The notes: generated from the sequence alone by a model not told the origin. DNA of 64,000 nt from Candidatus Caldarchaeales archaeon (GCA_039630085.1 JBCNVM010000004.1:1-64000), one strand, 5' to 3'. Positions 48,422 through 58,869 are shown, counted from the stretch's first letter. A program made the numbers and translations.

Positions 48422-49766
48422 GCCCGACCTGGTCGTCAGGAACGCGACCGTAGTCACTCCGGTCGAAGTCTTCAGGGCGACGATCGGCATCGAGGACGGA
48501 CGGATCAGCGCGATCGGCACGGACGCGACGGTCCCCCGGGGTGAGGTCGAGGTCGACGCTTCCGGGCTGGTCGTCCTGCCGGGCGTCATCGACGAGCACG
48601 TCCACTTCAGGGAGCCGGGCATGGAGCACAAGGAGGACTTCGGGACCGGTTCGACGGCCGCAGCCGCAGGTGGCGTCACGACAGTCCTCGATATGCCCAA
48701 CACGGTCCCTCCCACCGTCGACGGAGAGTCCTTCGACCTGAAGCTCGAGAGGGCGTCGGCCAAGTCGGTCGTCGACTTCGGGCTCTACGGGGGCTACAGG
48801 AGGGGCCGCTGGTCGCTCGAGGAGCTAACGTCGAGGGGCATCGTCGGCCTCAAGCTCTACCTCTCCGAGACGACCGGGATCTCCGAGTTCCCCGACGACC
48901 ACGAGGTCATCGAGCTGATGCGGCGATGCGCCCGGGCCGATGTCAGGGTCGGAGTCCACGCGGAGGACGGCAGGATGATAGCGGCGCTCAGGGAGGCCCT
49001 GAGGGCAGCAGGCAGGAGCGACCCGATGGCGCACCTCGAGGCGAGGCCGGTCGAGGCCGAGGTCGTCGCGGTCGCGAGGGTCCTGACCGCCGCCTGGCTC
49101 ACGGGCGCTAAGGTCCACGTCTTCCACGTCACCTCCTCCCAGTGCCTGCAGCTGGCGGAGAGGTTCAAGGCGATGGGCGTCGACGTCACCCTTGAGACCT
49201 GTCCCCACTACCTGATCCTCGACGGAGACGAGGCGCTGAGGAGGCTCGGGAACGTCGCGAAGGTCAACCCGCCGATAAGGGGTCGTGGCCACGCGGAGGC
49301 CCTGTGGGAAGGGATCAGGCGCGGGTTGATCGACGCGGTAGGCTCGGACCACGCTCCCCACCTCCCGGAGGAGAAGCGGTCCGAGGACGTCTGGACGGCT
49401 CCGTCGGGCTTCCCGGGCGTCGAGACGATGCTCCCCCTCATGCTCGACCGGGTCAACAGGGGAGACCTCGCGCTGGGGGAGTTGGTGCGTCTTGTCTCCG
49501 AGAACCCCGCCAGGATATGGGGGCTTTACCCGCGGAAGGGCGCGATCGCCGTCGGATCGGACGCCGACCTAACCGTCGTAGACCTCAGGGAGGAGCGGAG
49601 GATCTCGTCGGAGGCGCTCCACAGCAGGAGCAAGGTCACGCCGTTCGAGGGGATGAAGGCGAGGGGCTGGCCGGTCTACGCGGTCGTGCGGGGCGAAATC
49701 GTCGCCGAAAGGGGTGAGGTCGTAGGAGGGGCCGGACACGGTGTACTGGTCGTGCCGAAGAGATGA
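48414..49766 (+). CDS. pyrC: Dihydroorotase (cyclic amidohydrolase family; allantoinase not excluded)
   Basis: DEHVHFREPG, DMPNT, HAED, KVNPP, SDHAPH; coupled to pyrF-pyrE. Confidence 0.8.
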   Translation: MARPDLVVRNATVVTPVEVFRATIGIEDGRISAIGTDATVPRGEVEVDASGLVVLPGVIDEHVHFREPGMEHKEDFGTGSTAAAAGGVTTVLDMPNTVPPTVDGESFDLKLERASAKSVVDFGLYGGYRRGRWSLEELTSRGIVGLKLYLSETTGISEFPDDHEVIELMRRCARADVRVGVHAEDGRMIAALREALRAAGRSDPMAHLEARPVEAEVVAVARVLTAAWLTGAKVHVFHVTSSQCLQLAERFKAMGVDVTLETCPHYLILDGDEALRRLGNVAKVNPPIRGRGHAEALWEGIRRGLIDAVGSDHAPHLPEEKRSEDVWTAPSGFPGVETMLPLMLDRVNRGDLALGELVRLVSENPARIWGLYPRKGAIAVGSDADLTVVDLREERRISSEALHSRSKVTPFEGMKARGWPVYAVVRGEIVAERGEVVGGAGHGVLVVPKR

Positions 49767-50101
49767 GGGGGCGGTGGACCCGGGCGGATCGGCGGCCGCT
49801 GAGGGGACGGACGGAGGGCGGATCGGTCGCGCACGTCACCCCGGCAGCAGACGGGCCGCGCCTTAGTGCTGCTCCCTCCCGGGCCTGACACGGTTCGGCG
49901 CGCGCGGACCCCAGAGGCCCTCCCTACGGAGGGCGTGGTGCCCTACCCGCCTCCACCAGGACGCGCGTTCACCCCTCTCCCTGCCCGCGTCCGGCCCCTC
50001 GCGGTCGCCTCCCCGCACGGTTGCTGGCCCCCGCGTCCAGCCCGTTTCGGGTCCCCTCGGGGAGGGGGAGGGCTAGCCCCCCGGCCCTACCCACCGCCCC
50101 C
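49767..50101 (-). ncRNA. ffs: Signal recognition particle (7S) RNA
   Basis: Helix 8 GAACCGTGTCAGGCCCGGGAGGGAGCAGC on the minus strand; perfect 11-bp terminal helix 49767-49777/50091-50101; helix 6 GUAG tetraloop; Alu domain with complementary loops. Confidence 0.92.
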
Positions 50102-50207
50102 GATCGATTCTCACCTTCATGGAATTTATGAGTTTCATGCATCGCAAGCGTTGCGCGAACCCGCACCGGAGCCGACGTTTATCGCGCGGGCAGGGTCACG
50201 AGGCGCG

Positions 50208-51347
50208 ATGCGAGCCGGCCTGAGGGCTGTCCTCTTCCTGGGACTCCTGAGCCTCTTCGGCGACTTCGTCTACGAGGGCGGGAGGGCCGCCGCGCCGGAT
50301 CTCTTCAGGCAGCTCGGGCTCACCGCGGCAGGCGTCGGGCTGGTTATGGGCGCGGCGGAGCTCGCGGGCTGGATCGCGAGGCCGATCGGTGGAGCGGTCG
50401 TGGACAGGTACGGGAGGTACGACGTCCTGGTCAGGGCGGGCTACGGGATGCTCTTCGTCGTCCCCCTGATGGCGCTCGCGCAGAGCTGGGCCGCGCTCGC
50501 GGCCATCGTCTTCGCGGAGCGGGTCGCCAAGGGCCTGAGGACGCCCGCGAGGGACGCGATGCTCGCGAGGCTGAGGGGAGAGATGGGCTTGGGTTCGGCC
50601 TTCGGCCTCCACGAGTTCCTCGACCAGTTCGGCGCGATAGCGGGTCCGCTGACGGTCGCGGCCGCGGCGGCGATCTACGGCGACCTCAGGACGGCCGTCC
50701 TATACACGCTCCTTCCCTACGCCGCGCTGCTGTTCCTACTTTGGAGGATTCCCGCTGTGAGCGCGGGGGCGGAACGGGATCCGCCTGAACGGGGCTTCCA
50801 GCGCCGGGTGATCGCGTACACCGCGGCCGCGTCGCTAAACGTCGCCGGGCTCCTCCCGGTCTCCGTCGTCCTCTACAAGGTCTCGGCGGTCGCGGAGGGT
50901 GCCGGGTGGATGGTCCCGCTGGCCTACTCGGTCGCGATGATCGCCGACGCGGTCGCCGCGGTCTCGCTGGGGAGGGCCTTGGACCGGTACGGGGTGAGGG
51001 TCGTCTCGCTCACGGTGCTGGCCAGCGCGGTCCCCGCCGCCCTTCTCTCGGACGACCTGAACCTCCTCCTATTCTGCGCGGGTCTGGTCGGGGTCGTGAT
51101 CGGCGCCCACGAGTCGATCTTCAGGGCGGTGGTAGCGGAGCTCGCGGGGCCTGGCCGCCTCGGTGCCGCGTACGGCGTCTTCGGTCTGGGCGTCGGTATC
51201 GGGTACTCGGTCGCGGGCTTTGCCTTCGGGCTGATGGTGGACGCGGGCATCGGTCCGGCCGGGCTCGTCGCCTACTCCCTCGCCGCCCAGCTCCTCTCGG
51301 TCGGGTTACTCCGGACCGCGGTCGCCCCCGCCCGAAAAGGGGGTTGA
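50208..51347 (+). CDS. MFS transporter
   Basis: GDFVYEG, DRYG, ERVAKGLRTPARD, DQFGA; ATG 50208 lies 30 nt after TTTATC. Confidence 0.88.
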   Translation: MRAGLRAVLFLGLLSLFGDFVYEGGRAAAPDLFRQLGLTAAGVGLVMGAAELAGWIARPIGGAVVDRYGRYDVLVRAGYGMLFVVPLMALAQSWAALAAIVFAERVAKGLRTPARDAMLARLRGEMGLGSAFGLHEFLDQFGAIAGPLTVAAAAAIYGDLRTAVLYTLLPYAALLFLLWRIPAVSAGAERDPPERGFQRRVIAYTAAASLNVAGLLPVSVVLYKVSAVAEGAGWMVPLAYSVAMIADAVAAVSLGRALDRYGVRVVSLTVLASAVPAALLSDDLNLLLFCAGLVGVVIGAHESIFRAVVAELAGPGRLGAAYGVFGLGVGIGYSVAGFAFGLMVDAGIGPAGLVAYSLAAQLLSVGLLRTAVAPARKGG

Positions 51348-51359
51348 CTGGCAAAACCT

Positions 51360-52490
51360 ATGAGCGCCCCCGACCCTTTAACTCCGGTGGCGAAAGTAAG
51401 GGCGGAGGAGGTCCCGGGAGCTCCGGCGAGGCTCTGGACCGAGGGCGTCCCCGGTCGGGTGAAGTGCACCGCCTGCGCGAGGTACTGCCAGATCGGCGAG
51501 GGACAGGTCGGCCTCTGCGGGATAAGGGGCGTGGTGGGAGGGAAGCTCTACCTCTTCGTCTACGGGAGGATCATCGCGAGCCACGTCGACCCGATCGAGA
51601 AGAAGCCCGTGACGCACTACATGCCCGGGACCAAGATCTTCAGCATCGCCACGACGGGGTGCAACTGGCTCTGCGCCTACTGCCAGAACTTCGACATCAG
51701 CCAGCGGAGGAAGGTCGAGGGTATCGAGGTCACGCCCGAGGAGGTCGTGGAGGAAGCGGTGAGGTACGGGTCCCACGGAATAGCCTACACCTACAACGAG
51801 CCGACGATCTTCATGGAGTTCGCCCGCGACGTCGGCGTGATCGCTAGGCGTAGGGGGCTGATCAACGTCTTCGTCACGAACGGGTACTGGACTCCCGAGT
51901 CGGTGAGCATGGCCGCCGAGTTCCTCGACGCCGCGACCGTCGACTTCAAGGGGAACGGCGAGGTGAGCTTCCTCAGGAAGTACGTGGGGATACCGAGCCC
52001 TGAGCCGATCTTCCAGACCCTCCTCGAGATCAAGGAGAGGACAAGGATACACGTCGAGATCACGGACCTCGTCGTGCCCGAGATCGGCGACGACCTGAAC
52101 GCGGCAAGGAGGCTGGTCAGGTGGGTCCACGACAACCTCGGCCCCGACACGCCGATCCACTTCCTGAGGTTCCACCCAGACTACAAGTTGATGCACCTGC
52201 CGTGGACGCCGGTCGAGACGCTCGAGAGGCACTACAGGGTCGCGAGGGAGGAGGGGATGAACTACGTTTACATCGGGAACGTCCCCGGCCACCCCTACGA
52301 GAGCACCTACTGCCCCGGGTGCGGCGAGATGGTGGTGGAGAGGTACGGCTTCGACATCGTCGACTGGAGGCTGACCAGGGACAACAGGTGCCCGAGCTGC
52401 GGTTACAACGTCGCGATCGTCGGCTCGCCTCCCAAGGACTACGGCAGGACTAAGAGGTTCGTTCCGGTCTTCTGGAGCAAGGGCGCCTGA
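51360..52490 (+). CDS. amrS: AmmeMemoRadiSam system radical SAM enzyme
   Basis: N-terminal CTACARYC...[34 protein letters not shown]. Confidence 0.9.
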   Translation: MSAPDPLTPVAKVRAEEVPGAPARLWTEGVPGRVKCTACARYCQIGEGQVGLCGIRGVVGGKLYLFVYGRIIASHVDPIEKKPVTHYMPGTKIFSIATTGCNWLCAYCQNFDISQRRKVEGIEVTPEEVVEEAVRYGSHGIAYTYNEPTIFMEFARDVGVIARRRGLINVFVTNGYWTPESVSMAAEFLDAATVDFKGNGEVSFLRKYVGIPSPEPIFQTLLEIKERTRIHVEITDLVVPEIGDDLNAARRLVRWVHDNLGPDTPIHFLRFHPDYKLMHLPWTPVETLERHYRVAREEGMNYVYIGNVPGHPYESTYCPGCGEMVVERYGFDIVDWRLTRDNRCPSCGYNVAIVGSPPKDYGRTKRFVPVFWSKGA

Positions 52491-52491
52491 G

Positions 52492-54210
52492 TCAGTAGAC
52501 CCTCTCCGTGGGCTTGTACTTCGTGATCACGACGGGCTTGTACTCGATCTCGAACCCGTCAGCGGTCCACCTCAGGAGGATGTGCCTGAGCCAGGCCTCG
52601 TCGTCCCTCTTCGGGAAGTCCAGCCTGTAGTGGGCTCCCCTGCTCTCGGTCCTGTGGAGGGCCGAGACCGCGATCGCGTGACTAGCCTCGAGCATCGCGT
52701 CGACCTCCATCACGTGGACGAGGTTCGTGTTGTAGGCCCTGCTCTTGTCGACGACGCCCAGCTTGAACTCCGACCTTATCCTCCTCATCCCCCTGAGCCC
52801 CTCCTCCATCGAGGTTCCCTCCCTGAAGACGTGGAAGTGCTTCTCCATCGTCGTCTGGAGCTCGGACTTCAGGTCGTACGGGTCGACCCTCGGCGCTGGC
52901 CCCAAGAGCACGTCGAAGACCCTCCTCTCCTCGGCCTCGATCGCCTCTCTCGGCGCGTTTGGCTCCTTCCTTCTCAACGCGAAATTCGCCGCCTCCCTCC
53001 CGGTGATCTTCCCCCAGACGAGGCACTCGGTCGTCGAGTTGGACCCGAGCCTGTTGGCGCCGTTCATCGTCACGCACGCGGCCTCGCCCGCGGCCCACAG
53101 GCCCGGAAGCGAAGTGGCGCCGTTGATGTCGACGTCGATCCCTCCCATGTAGTAGTGAGCGACCGGCCTGACCGGGATGGGCTCGTGGAGCGGGTCTATC
53201 CCCCTTAGCTTCAGGCAGATCTCCCTGATGCTGGTGAGCCTCTTCAGGAGCTTCTCGGGCTCGATGACGGTCAGGTCCAAGTTGACGTACTCGTACCCGC
53301 TCTCCTCGTCCTTGAGGCCCCTGCCCTCCTTGATCTCGGTCATGATCGACCTCGAGACGATGTCCCTCGGGGCCAGGTCCTTCGCCTTCGGCGCGTACCT
53401 CTCCATGAACCTCTCGCCCTTCGAGTTCCTGAGGACTCCTCCCTCGCCCCTCGAGGCCTCGGTGATCAGGATCCCGCTGGGCACGAGCCCCGTCGGGTGG
53501 AACTGGACGAACTCCATGTCCTTCAGGGGCACGCCGGCCCTGTACGCCATCACTATCCCGTCAGGGGTCGAGCTGTGCCCGAAGCTCGCGAACGGGTAGA
53601 GCCTCCCAGCGCCGCCCGTCGCGATGATCCCGGCCTTCGCCCTGAAGTAGGCGACGTTGCCCCTCTTGATGTCAAGCGCCACGAACCCCGCGAAGGCGCC
53701 GTCGTCCTTGACGACCGCGAACGCGAACCACTCGTCGTAGAAGGCGACGTTGTCGTATTTCAGGCAGGTGCTGTAGAGCGTGCTCATCTCGAAGAACCCG
53801 ACCCTGTCCTCCGCGAAGCAGGCCCTGGGGTAGCTCTGACCGCCGAAGAACCTCTGGGCGATCCTGCCGTCCTCCCTCCTCGCCCACGGCATGCCCCAGT
53901 GCTCGAGCTGGACGATCTCCTTCGGCGCCTCCCTGACGAAGAGCTCGACCGCGTCTTGGTCCGCCAGGAAGTCGCTGCCCTTCACCGTGTCCCACTCGTG
54001 AGACTCGAGGGAGTCGCCCTCCTCCGGGTAGAGGACCGCGGCCGTCCCTCCCTCCGCGGAGACGCTGTGGGACCTCATCGGCTGCGTCTTCGTGACCACG
54101 GAGACCCTGAGCCGCTCGCCGCCCGTCCTCGCGGCCTCGATGGCCGCCCTGAGGCCGGCGAGTCCCGACCCGACTATGACGACGTCCGAGTCTATGACCT
54201 CCAGACCCAA
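52492..54210 (-). CDS. sdhA: Succinate dehydrogenase flavoprotein
   Basis: GSGLAG, RSHSVSAEGG, QFHPT, EASRGEGG, HYYMGG, GANRLGSNS, ESRGAH. Confidence 0.93.
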   Translation of the reverse strand: MGLEVIDSDVVIVGSGLAGLRAAIEAARTGGERLRVSVVTKTQPMRSHSVSAEGGTAAVLYPEEGDSLESHEWDTVKGSDFLADQDAVELFVREAPKEIVQLEHWGMPWARREDGRIAQRFFGGQSYPRACFAEDRVGFFEMSTLYSTCLKYDNVAFYDEWFAFAVVKDDGAFAGFVALDIKRGNVAYFRAKAGIIATGGAGRLYPFASFGHSSTPDGIVMAYRAGVPLKDMEFVQFHPTGLVPSGILITEASRGEGGVLRNSKGERFMERYAPKAKDLAPRDIVSRSIMTEIKEGRGLKDEESGYEYVNLDLTVIEPEKLLKRLTSIREICLKLRGIDPLHEPIPVRPVAHYYMGGIDVDINGATSLPGLWAAGEAACVTMNGANRLGSNSTTECLVWGKITGREAANFALRRKEPNAPREAIEAEERRVFDVLLGPAPRVDPYDLKSELQTTMEKHFHVFREGTSMEEGLRGMRRIRSEFKLGVVDKSRAYNTNLVHVMEVDAMLEASHAIAVSALHRTESRGAHYRLDFPKRDDEAWLRHILLRWTADGFEIEYKPVVITKYKPTERVY

Positions 54211-54352
54211 TTCGGTCTAAGAGAACCGGGGCAGCTCATAACGATGACCGCGATCGCCTGCCTCGGATTACCCGTCGCTCCCCGTTCAGTCAGCCCGGAA
54301 CGTCCCTGGGAGGGAGGGCAACGGTCATATAAGATGGGGGAGGTGATCCGCT

Positions 54353-54727
54353 GTGGCCGTTAAGGTGACGCTGGTCGGGGTTCTGCCGACGGTCTTCTCC
54401 ACCAGCTGCAAGGCTGTCTGCGACCCGACCGGGCTGGCGGGAGTCCGCACGACCGCCCATCAGCTCTCCGAGTACCCAGAGGAGGTGAGGAGGAACACCG
54501 AGGTCGTCCTGAGCGCGGCCCGTTCCCTCCTCCGTTACTGGCCCGACGTGGTCGTCGAGGTCGTCAACGCGATGAGCCTGAAGGGGCTCGCCCTTTCGGC
54601 CATTCACAGGGGAGCAAGGGGCGTCTTCGCGGTCCTGAAGGGGAAACGTTACTCCCTGCCGTCTGAGCTCCAGCAGCTCCTCGAGGACGTCGAGAGGGCC
54701 ATAAGTCACTTAACATATAATTCATAA
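54353..54727 (+). CDS. Hypothetical protein
   Basis: Strong GGAGGTGA SD, TATA-like CATATAAG upstream, typical codon usage. Confidence 0.6.
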   Translation: MAVKVTLVGVLPTVFSTSCKAVCDPTGLAGVRTTAHQLSEYPEEVRRNTEVVLSAARSLLRYWPDVVVEVVNAMSLKGLALSAIHRGARGVFAVLKGKRYSLPSELQQLLEDVERAISHLTYNS

Positions 54728-54752
54728 CATCCCGGCGCGTGGACCGTGGCCG

Positions 54753-55313
54753 ATGGAGAGGGCGACTAGGACGGTGGCGGTCTGGGTCGTGCTCTCGGCG
54801 ATGGGGATAGCGCTGGCGCCGGTGCTCTGGTTCCCGTTCCTGGGGACGAGGGCCTACCCGGGCCAGCACATGGTGAACGTCCTCGCGGGCGTGATGCTCG
54901 GGCCCCTCAGCTCCCTCGTCGTGCCGTTCGTCGTCGGGACAGTGAGGATAGCCCTCGGGTTGGGCACGATCTTCGCGTATCCCGGAGGGCTACCGGGCGC
55001 CCTGATGGTGGGCCTTCTCCACCGGTACGTCACCTCGAGGCTCGGAAGGCCAGAGCTCAGGTTCCTGTCGGCGCTGGCGGAGCCCGTCGGGACGGTGCTG
55101 ATCGGCGGGACAGTCTCGCTGCTCGTGATAGGGCCCCTGATAGGCTCAGAGCCGATGCTGAACCTCTTGAGGGGCCGCGGCCCGATCGGGGCTCTCCTCG
55201 TCTTCTGGTCCGGGTGGGCCGTCAGCTCGGTCCCCGGCGCCCTACTGGGGTACGTGCTATGCCTCGCGCTGAGCAGGGCACTTCCGGAGAGGTTCTTCGA
55301 GCCGAGGGCCTGA
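54753..55313 (+). CDS. thiW: ECF transporter S component, ThiW family
   Basis: PGQHMVNVLAGV, GTIFAYPG, EPVGTVLIG. Confidence 0.85.
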   Translation: MERATRTVAVWVVLSAMGIALAPVLWFPFLGTRAYPGQHMVNVLAGVMLGPLSSLVVPFVVGTVRIALGLGTIFAYPGGLPGALMVGLLHRYVTSRLGRPELRFLSALAEPVGTVLIGGTVSLLVIGPLIGSEPMLNLLRGRGPIGALLVFWSGWAVSSVPGALLGYVLCLALSRALPERFFEPRA

Positions 55314-55855
55314 GCCTGAGGTCGGTCCTCGGCAGGAGGGTGCTGATCGTGGGAGAGGCAGGGTCAGGGAAGTCCAGGCTGCTCGCGAGGCTGGTCGTCG
55401 AGGCCTTGGCTTCAGGCATGGGGACGCAGGTCACGGTGATCGACATGGCGCCGGAGAGGACGGGCGGCTTCGGCGGCAAGCTCAGGGAGATCGACCCGCA
55501 GGTCCTCAGAGCAAGGTACCTCACCCCGGAGGGGATTGTGGGCCCGAGGCTCACGGGGCGTGACGCGGAAGAGGTCCTCTCCTTTGCGAGGAGGAACGCG
55601 GAGCTGATAGAGCCCCTGCTCCTCGAGTATCTCTCCTCCCCCACGTCGCTCCTCTTCGTCAACGACGTCACCGTCTACCTTCACGCCGGAGATCCTGAAG
55701 TCCTGACGAGGGCAGTCGAGGCCTCCCGGACCTTCGTGGGCACGGCCTACGAGGGCGCGAGGCTCTCCGACGACAAGGGCTCCGGGTTGACCGCGGTGGA
55801 ACGGGAGAGGCTGAGGGCGCTGAAGGCTAGGGTCGATGAGGTTTTCCGGCTCTAA
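55310..55855 (+). CDS. P-loop NTPase-like hypothetical protein
   Basis: Walker A GEAGSGKS, VIDMAP; start uncertain (CTG at 55310 overlapping the thiW stop proposed). Confidence 0.6.
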   Translation: MSLRSVLGRRVLIVGEAGSGKSRLLARLVVEALASGMGTQVTVIDMAPERTGGFGGKLREIDPQVLRARYLTPEGIVGPRLTGRDAEEVLSFARRNAELIEPLLLEYLSSPTSLLFVNDVTVYLHAGDPEVLTRAVEASRTFVGTAYEGARLSDDKGSGLTAVERERLRALKARVDEVFRL

Positions 55856-55901
55856 CCCTCCGGTCGAGCACCTTTATCCCTAGGCTCCGCAGGTCATCGC
55901 C

Positions 55902-56327
55902 GTGGAGCTCCGCGGCCGCGCCGCCTACGAGATGCTGCTCGAGAGGGTGAGGGTCCAACTCAAGGCCAAGTCCTCGGCCTCCGGCGAGAGGGAGATCGCG
56001 CTTCGACCCTCGCTCTACCACGACGAGCGCCGGACCATCGTCCTCAACTTCAGGCAGCTCGCCGACTCGCTCAACAGGGAGCCGGAGCACGTCGCGAGAT
56101 TCGTCTTTAAGGAGAGCGGGAAGCCGGGGACACTCGAGGGCGACAGGCTCATCCTGAACGGCAAGATCGGCGACCCCGAGTTCGCGAAGCTGCTCCAGCT
56201 CTACTTCAGGGAGTTCGTGAAGTGTCAGGTCTGCGGCGGCATCGACACCCAGATCCAGAGGGAGAAGAAGTTCAGGTACCTCGTGTGCGAGGCCTGCGGC
56301 GCCAAGACCCCCGTCCGGAAGGTCTGA
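55902..56327 (+). CDS. eif2b: Translation initiation factor 2 beta subunit
   Basis: YEMLLER, TIVLNF, LNREPEH, CQVC...CEACGA zinc finger. Confidence 0.92.
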   Translation: MELRGRAAYEMLLERVRVQLKAKSSASGEREIALRPSLYHDERRTIVLNFRQLADSLNREPEHVARFVFKESGKPGTLEGDRLILNGKIGDPEFAKLLQLYFREFVKCQVCGGIDTQIQREKKFRYLVCEACGAKTPVRKV

Positions 56328-56373
56328 GGTCCAGTCCGAAGGTTTATCAGCGGTCCCTTCCTCCGCGTCCTCG

Positions 56374-57846
56374 ATGGCGAAGACGGTCTTCTCGAGGATT
56401 TGGGACGACCACGTGCTCGCGGAGCGCGAGGACGGGACATCGCTCGTCTACATCGACAGGCACTTCACCCACGAGGTCACATCGCCGGTCGCATTCGAGA
56501 ACCTGAGGGGCGCCGGGAGGAGGGTCAGGAGGCCTGACCTGACCTTCGCGGTCATGGACCACAACGTGCCGACGTACGACAGGACGCTCCCCGTCACCGA
56601 CGAGATGTCTGCGGCCCAAATGGAGGCCCTGAAGAGGAACGCGAGGGATTTCGGGGTCACGCTCTTCGACTACTTCAGCCCGTTCCAGGGAATCGTCCAC
56701 GTGGTGATGCCGGAGCTCGGGCTGACGCTGCCAGGCCTCACGATCGCGTGCGGGGACTCCCACACCAGCACCCACGGCGCCTTCGGTGCCGTCGCCTTCG
56801 GGATCGGGACCAGCGAGGGCGAGCACGTCTTCGCGACTCAGACCCTCTGGATCAGGAGGCCGAAGGAGATGCTCGTGAAGGTGAGGGGCGAGCTGGAGGA
56901 GGGCGTCACCGCGAAGGACGTAATCCTCAAGCTGATTGGCGAGATCGGGACCGGCGGCGGGATAGGACACGTGATGGAGTTCGCCGGCGAGACGGTCGAG
57001 CGGATGAGCATCGACGACCGGATGACCCTCTGCAACATGTCGATCGAGGGTGGCGCGAGGACCGCGATAATCGCTCCCGACGATAAGGTCTTCAGGTTCG
57101 TGGAGGGGAGGCCCTTCGCCCCGAAGGGTGAGGACCTCGAGGAGGCCCTGAGGTTCTGGAGGACCCTCAAGTCGGACCCCACCGCCCGTTACGACAAGGC
57201 GGTCGAGCTGGACGTCGACGGGCTCGAGCCTCAGGTGACCTGGGGCACGAACCCGGCCCAGGTCGTGGAGGTCACAGGGGAGGTCCCGTCTCCGGAGGAG
57301 TTCGAGGACCCCGGCAAGCGGGCTGCTGCCGAGAGGGCGCTGAAGTACATGGGCCTAAAGCCGGGCCAGAGGATTGAGGAGATCCCTGTCGACGTCGTCT
57401 TCATCGGGTCCTGCACCAACGCGAGGCTCTCGGACCTCGTTCAGGTCGCGAGGTTGACCAAGGGGAGGAGGGTCGCCGGCGGCGTGAAGGCAGTCGTGGT
57501 CCCGGGGTCGATGCTGACCAAGCGCTGGGCGGAGAGGTTAGGGATCCACAGGGTCCTCATCGAGGCTGGATTCGAGTGGAGGAACTCGGGCTGCAGCTAC
57601 TGCATCGCGATGGCGCCCGGCGATTACGTCGAGCCCGGGAAGAGGTGCGCCTCGACCTCCAACAGGAACTTCGAGAACCGCCAGGGACCCGGATCGAGGA
57701 CGCACCTCGTCAGCCCGCTCGCAGCTGCAGCTGCCGCGATCGAGGGCAGGTTCGCGGACCCGAGGGACTACGATCTGGCTCCGGTCGAGGAGGTCGTCAG
57801 CGACTTAGAACTCTACGGATGGCTGAGGGAGAGGTATCAGTTCTGA
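56374..57846 (+). CDS. leuC: 3-isopropylmalate dehydratase large subunit
   Basis: HEVTSP, DHNVP, CGDSHT, CNMSIE, GSCTN, GCSYC, STSNRNF. Confidence 0.93.
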   Translation: MAKTVFSRIWDDHVLAEREDGTSLVYIDRHFTHEVTSPVAFENLRGAGRRVRRPDLTFAVMDHNVPTYDRTLPVTDEMSAAQMEALKRNARDFGVTLFDYFSPFQGIVHVVMPELGLTLPGLTIACGDSHTSTHGAFGAVAFGIGTSEGEHVFATQTLWIRRPKEMLVKVRGELEEGVTAKDVILKLIGEIGTGGGIGHVMEFAGETVERMSIDDRMTLCNMSIEGGARTAIIAPDDKVFRFVEGRPFAPKGEDLEEALRFWRTLKSDPTARYDKAVELDVDGLEPQVTWGTNPAQVVEVTGEVPSPEEFEDPGKRAAAERALKYMGLKPGQRIEEIPVDVVFIGSCTNARLSDLVQVARLTKGRRVAGGVKAVVVPGSMLTKRWAERLGIHRVLIEAGFEWRNSGCSYCIAMAPGDYVEPGKRCASTSNRNFENRQGPGSRTHLVSPLAAAAAAIEGRFADPRDYDLAPVEEVVSDLELYGWLRERYQF

Positions 57847-57926
57847 TCGCGGCAGGGGTCCCTCAGCGGGCCTCAGCGGGCAGCACCTTCAGCGGTTCGT
57901 CATCGCCCAGCCGACCTCGGGGGCCG

Positions 57927-58712
57927 TCAGACCTTCACCCTCCTCACCTCGAAGACGCATGCGACGCCACCGGCGTTGACGCACTCGACCTCTTCAACCT
58001 CGCACTCCTCACCCTCTGCACCCCTGAAGAGCGCCTCGAGAACCCCCGCGAAGAAGTGGCCGGTCCTCACACCGGGCCTGAGGTCCGAGACGCTGACGCA
58101 GTCGGCCAGCTCCCTCGCGACCACCCTCATCGCGCCGCCCTCCGTGGAGACGACCATGATCTCCCTCGCGAGCCCGAGGACGCTCGAGACCTCGTTCATC
58201 ACGCGGACCAAGTCGACCGGTTCCCCGACCAAGGCCCCGAGCGCCCTCGCGAACCCGCCGACCCTTCTGCCCGCGTGGCGCAGGATCGCGAAGGCCGATC
58301 CGCCCAGCGCCTCGTAGAGAGTGTGATAGAGCCCTCTGAAGAGCGCCTGGGGCATGACGAAGAGCCTCTCTCCGAGGAAGGTCGGGAACCCTCCCTTGAC
58401 GCAGGTCGCGAGGCCCCTGACCTCGGACTCGTAGACCGTCATCGCGGCCACCTCCCCGACCCTTCCCATCTCCGCGACGAGTTCGCTCAGGTCACCCTTC
58501 ACGTCTGTCACGTCAGCGACCAAGTTGAGGCCTATCGACCTCTCGGGGTAGGGGGTGACCCAACTCATCAACCCGAGCACCTTGACGTTCCTGACCGCGA
58601 GGAGCCCCAGGACTCCCGCTAGCCCGCTGGATCCGCCCTCGACGACCGCTGAGATCGTCACGAGCCTCCTCTCGGGGTGATAGAAGATCAGCGGGACCTC
58701 GAAGGACATCAC
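57927..58712 (-). CDS. ACT-like / V4R domain protein
   Basis: N-terminal GLAGVLGLL ACT-like segment; C-terminal HFFAGVL...VEEVECVNAG...CVF V4R. Confidence 0.75.
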   Translation of the reverse strand: MMSFEVPLIFYHPERRLVTISAVVEGGSSGLAGVLGLLAVRNVKVLGLMSWVTPYPERSIGLNLVADVTDVKGDLSELVAEMGRVGEVAAMTVYESEVRGLATCVKGGFPTFLGERLFVMPQALFRGLYHTLYEALGGSAFAILRHAGRRVGGFARALGALVGEPVDLVRVMNEVSSVLGLAREIMVVSTEGGAMRVVARELADCVSVSDLRPGVRTGHFFAGVLEALFRGAEGEECEVEEVECVNAGGVACVFEVRRVKV

Positions 58713-58869
58713 CGAACGACGTAGAGGAGAGGGAAAAAGGGTTCGCGCTCCTCGCCCTGTAACTCGAGAATCCGTGCGTATTACTCGGGTATGACCGGCG
58801 GATAGCTGGAGCCTGGGGCGGGTTGTCGCGCATTTTACCGGGTCGCATCGCGGAGCGGGGGGCTGACGG

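Noticed and set aside
49866-50207. Pro-rich N-terminal extension of the MFS ORF
   Set aside because: It is the antisense of the SRP RNA gene
54728-54752. TPP riboswitch upstream of thiW
   Set aside because: Only about 25 nt of spacer and no riboswitch core motif
56328-56373. Leu-rich leader peptide before leuC
   Set aside because: The TATA-like box is 31 nt from the ATG, leaving no room for a leader
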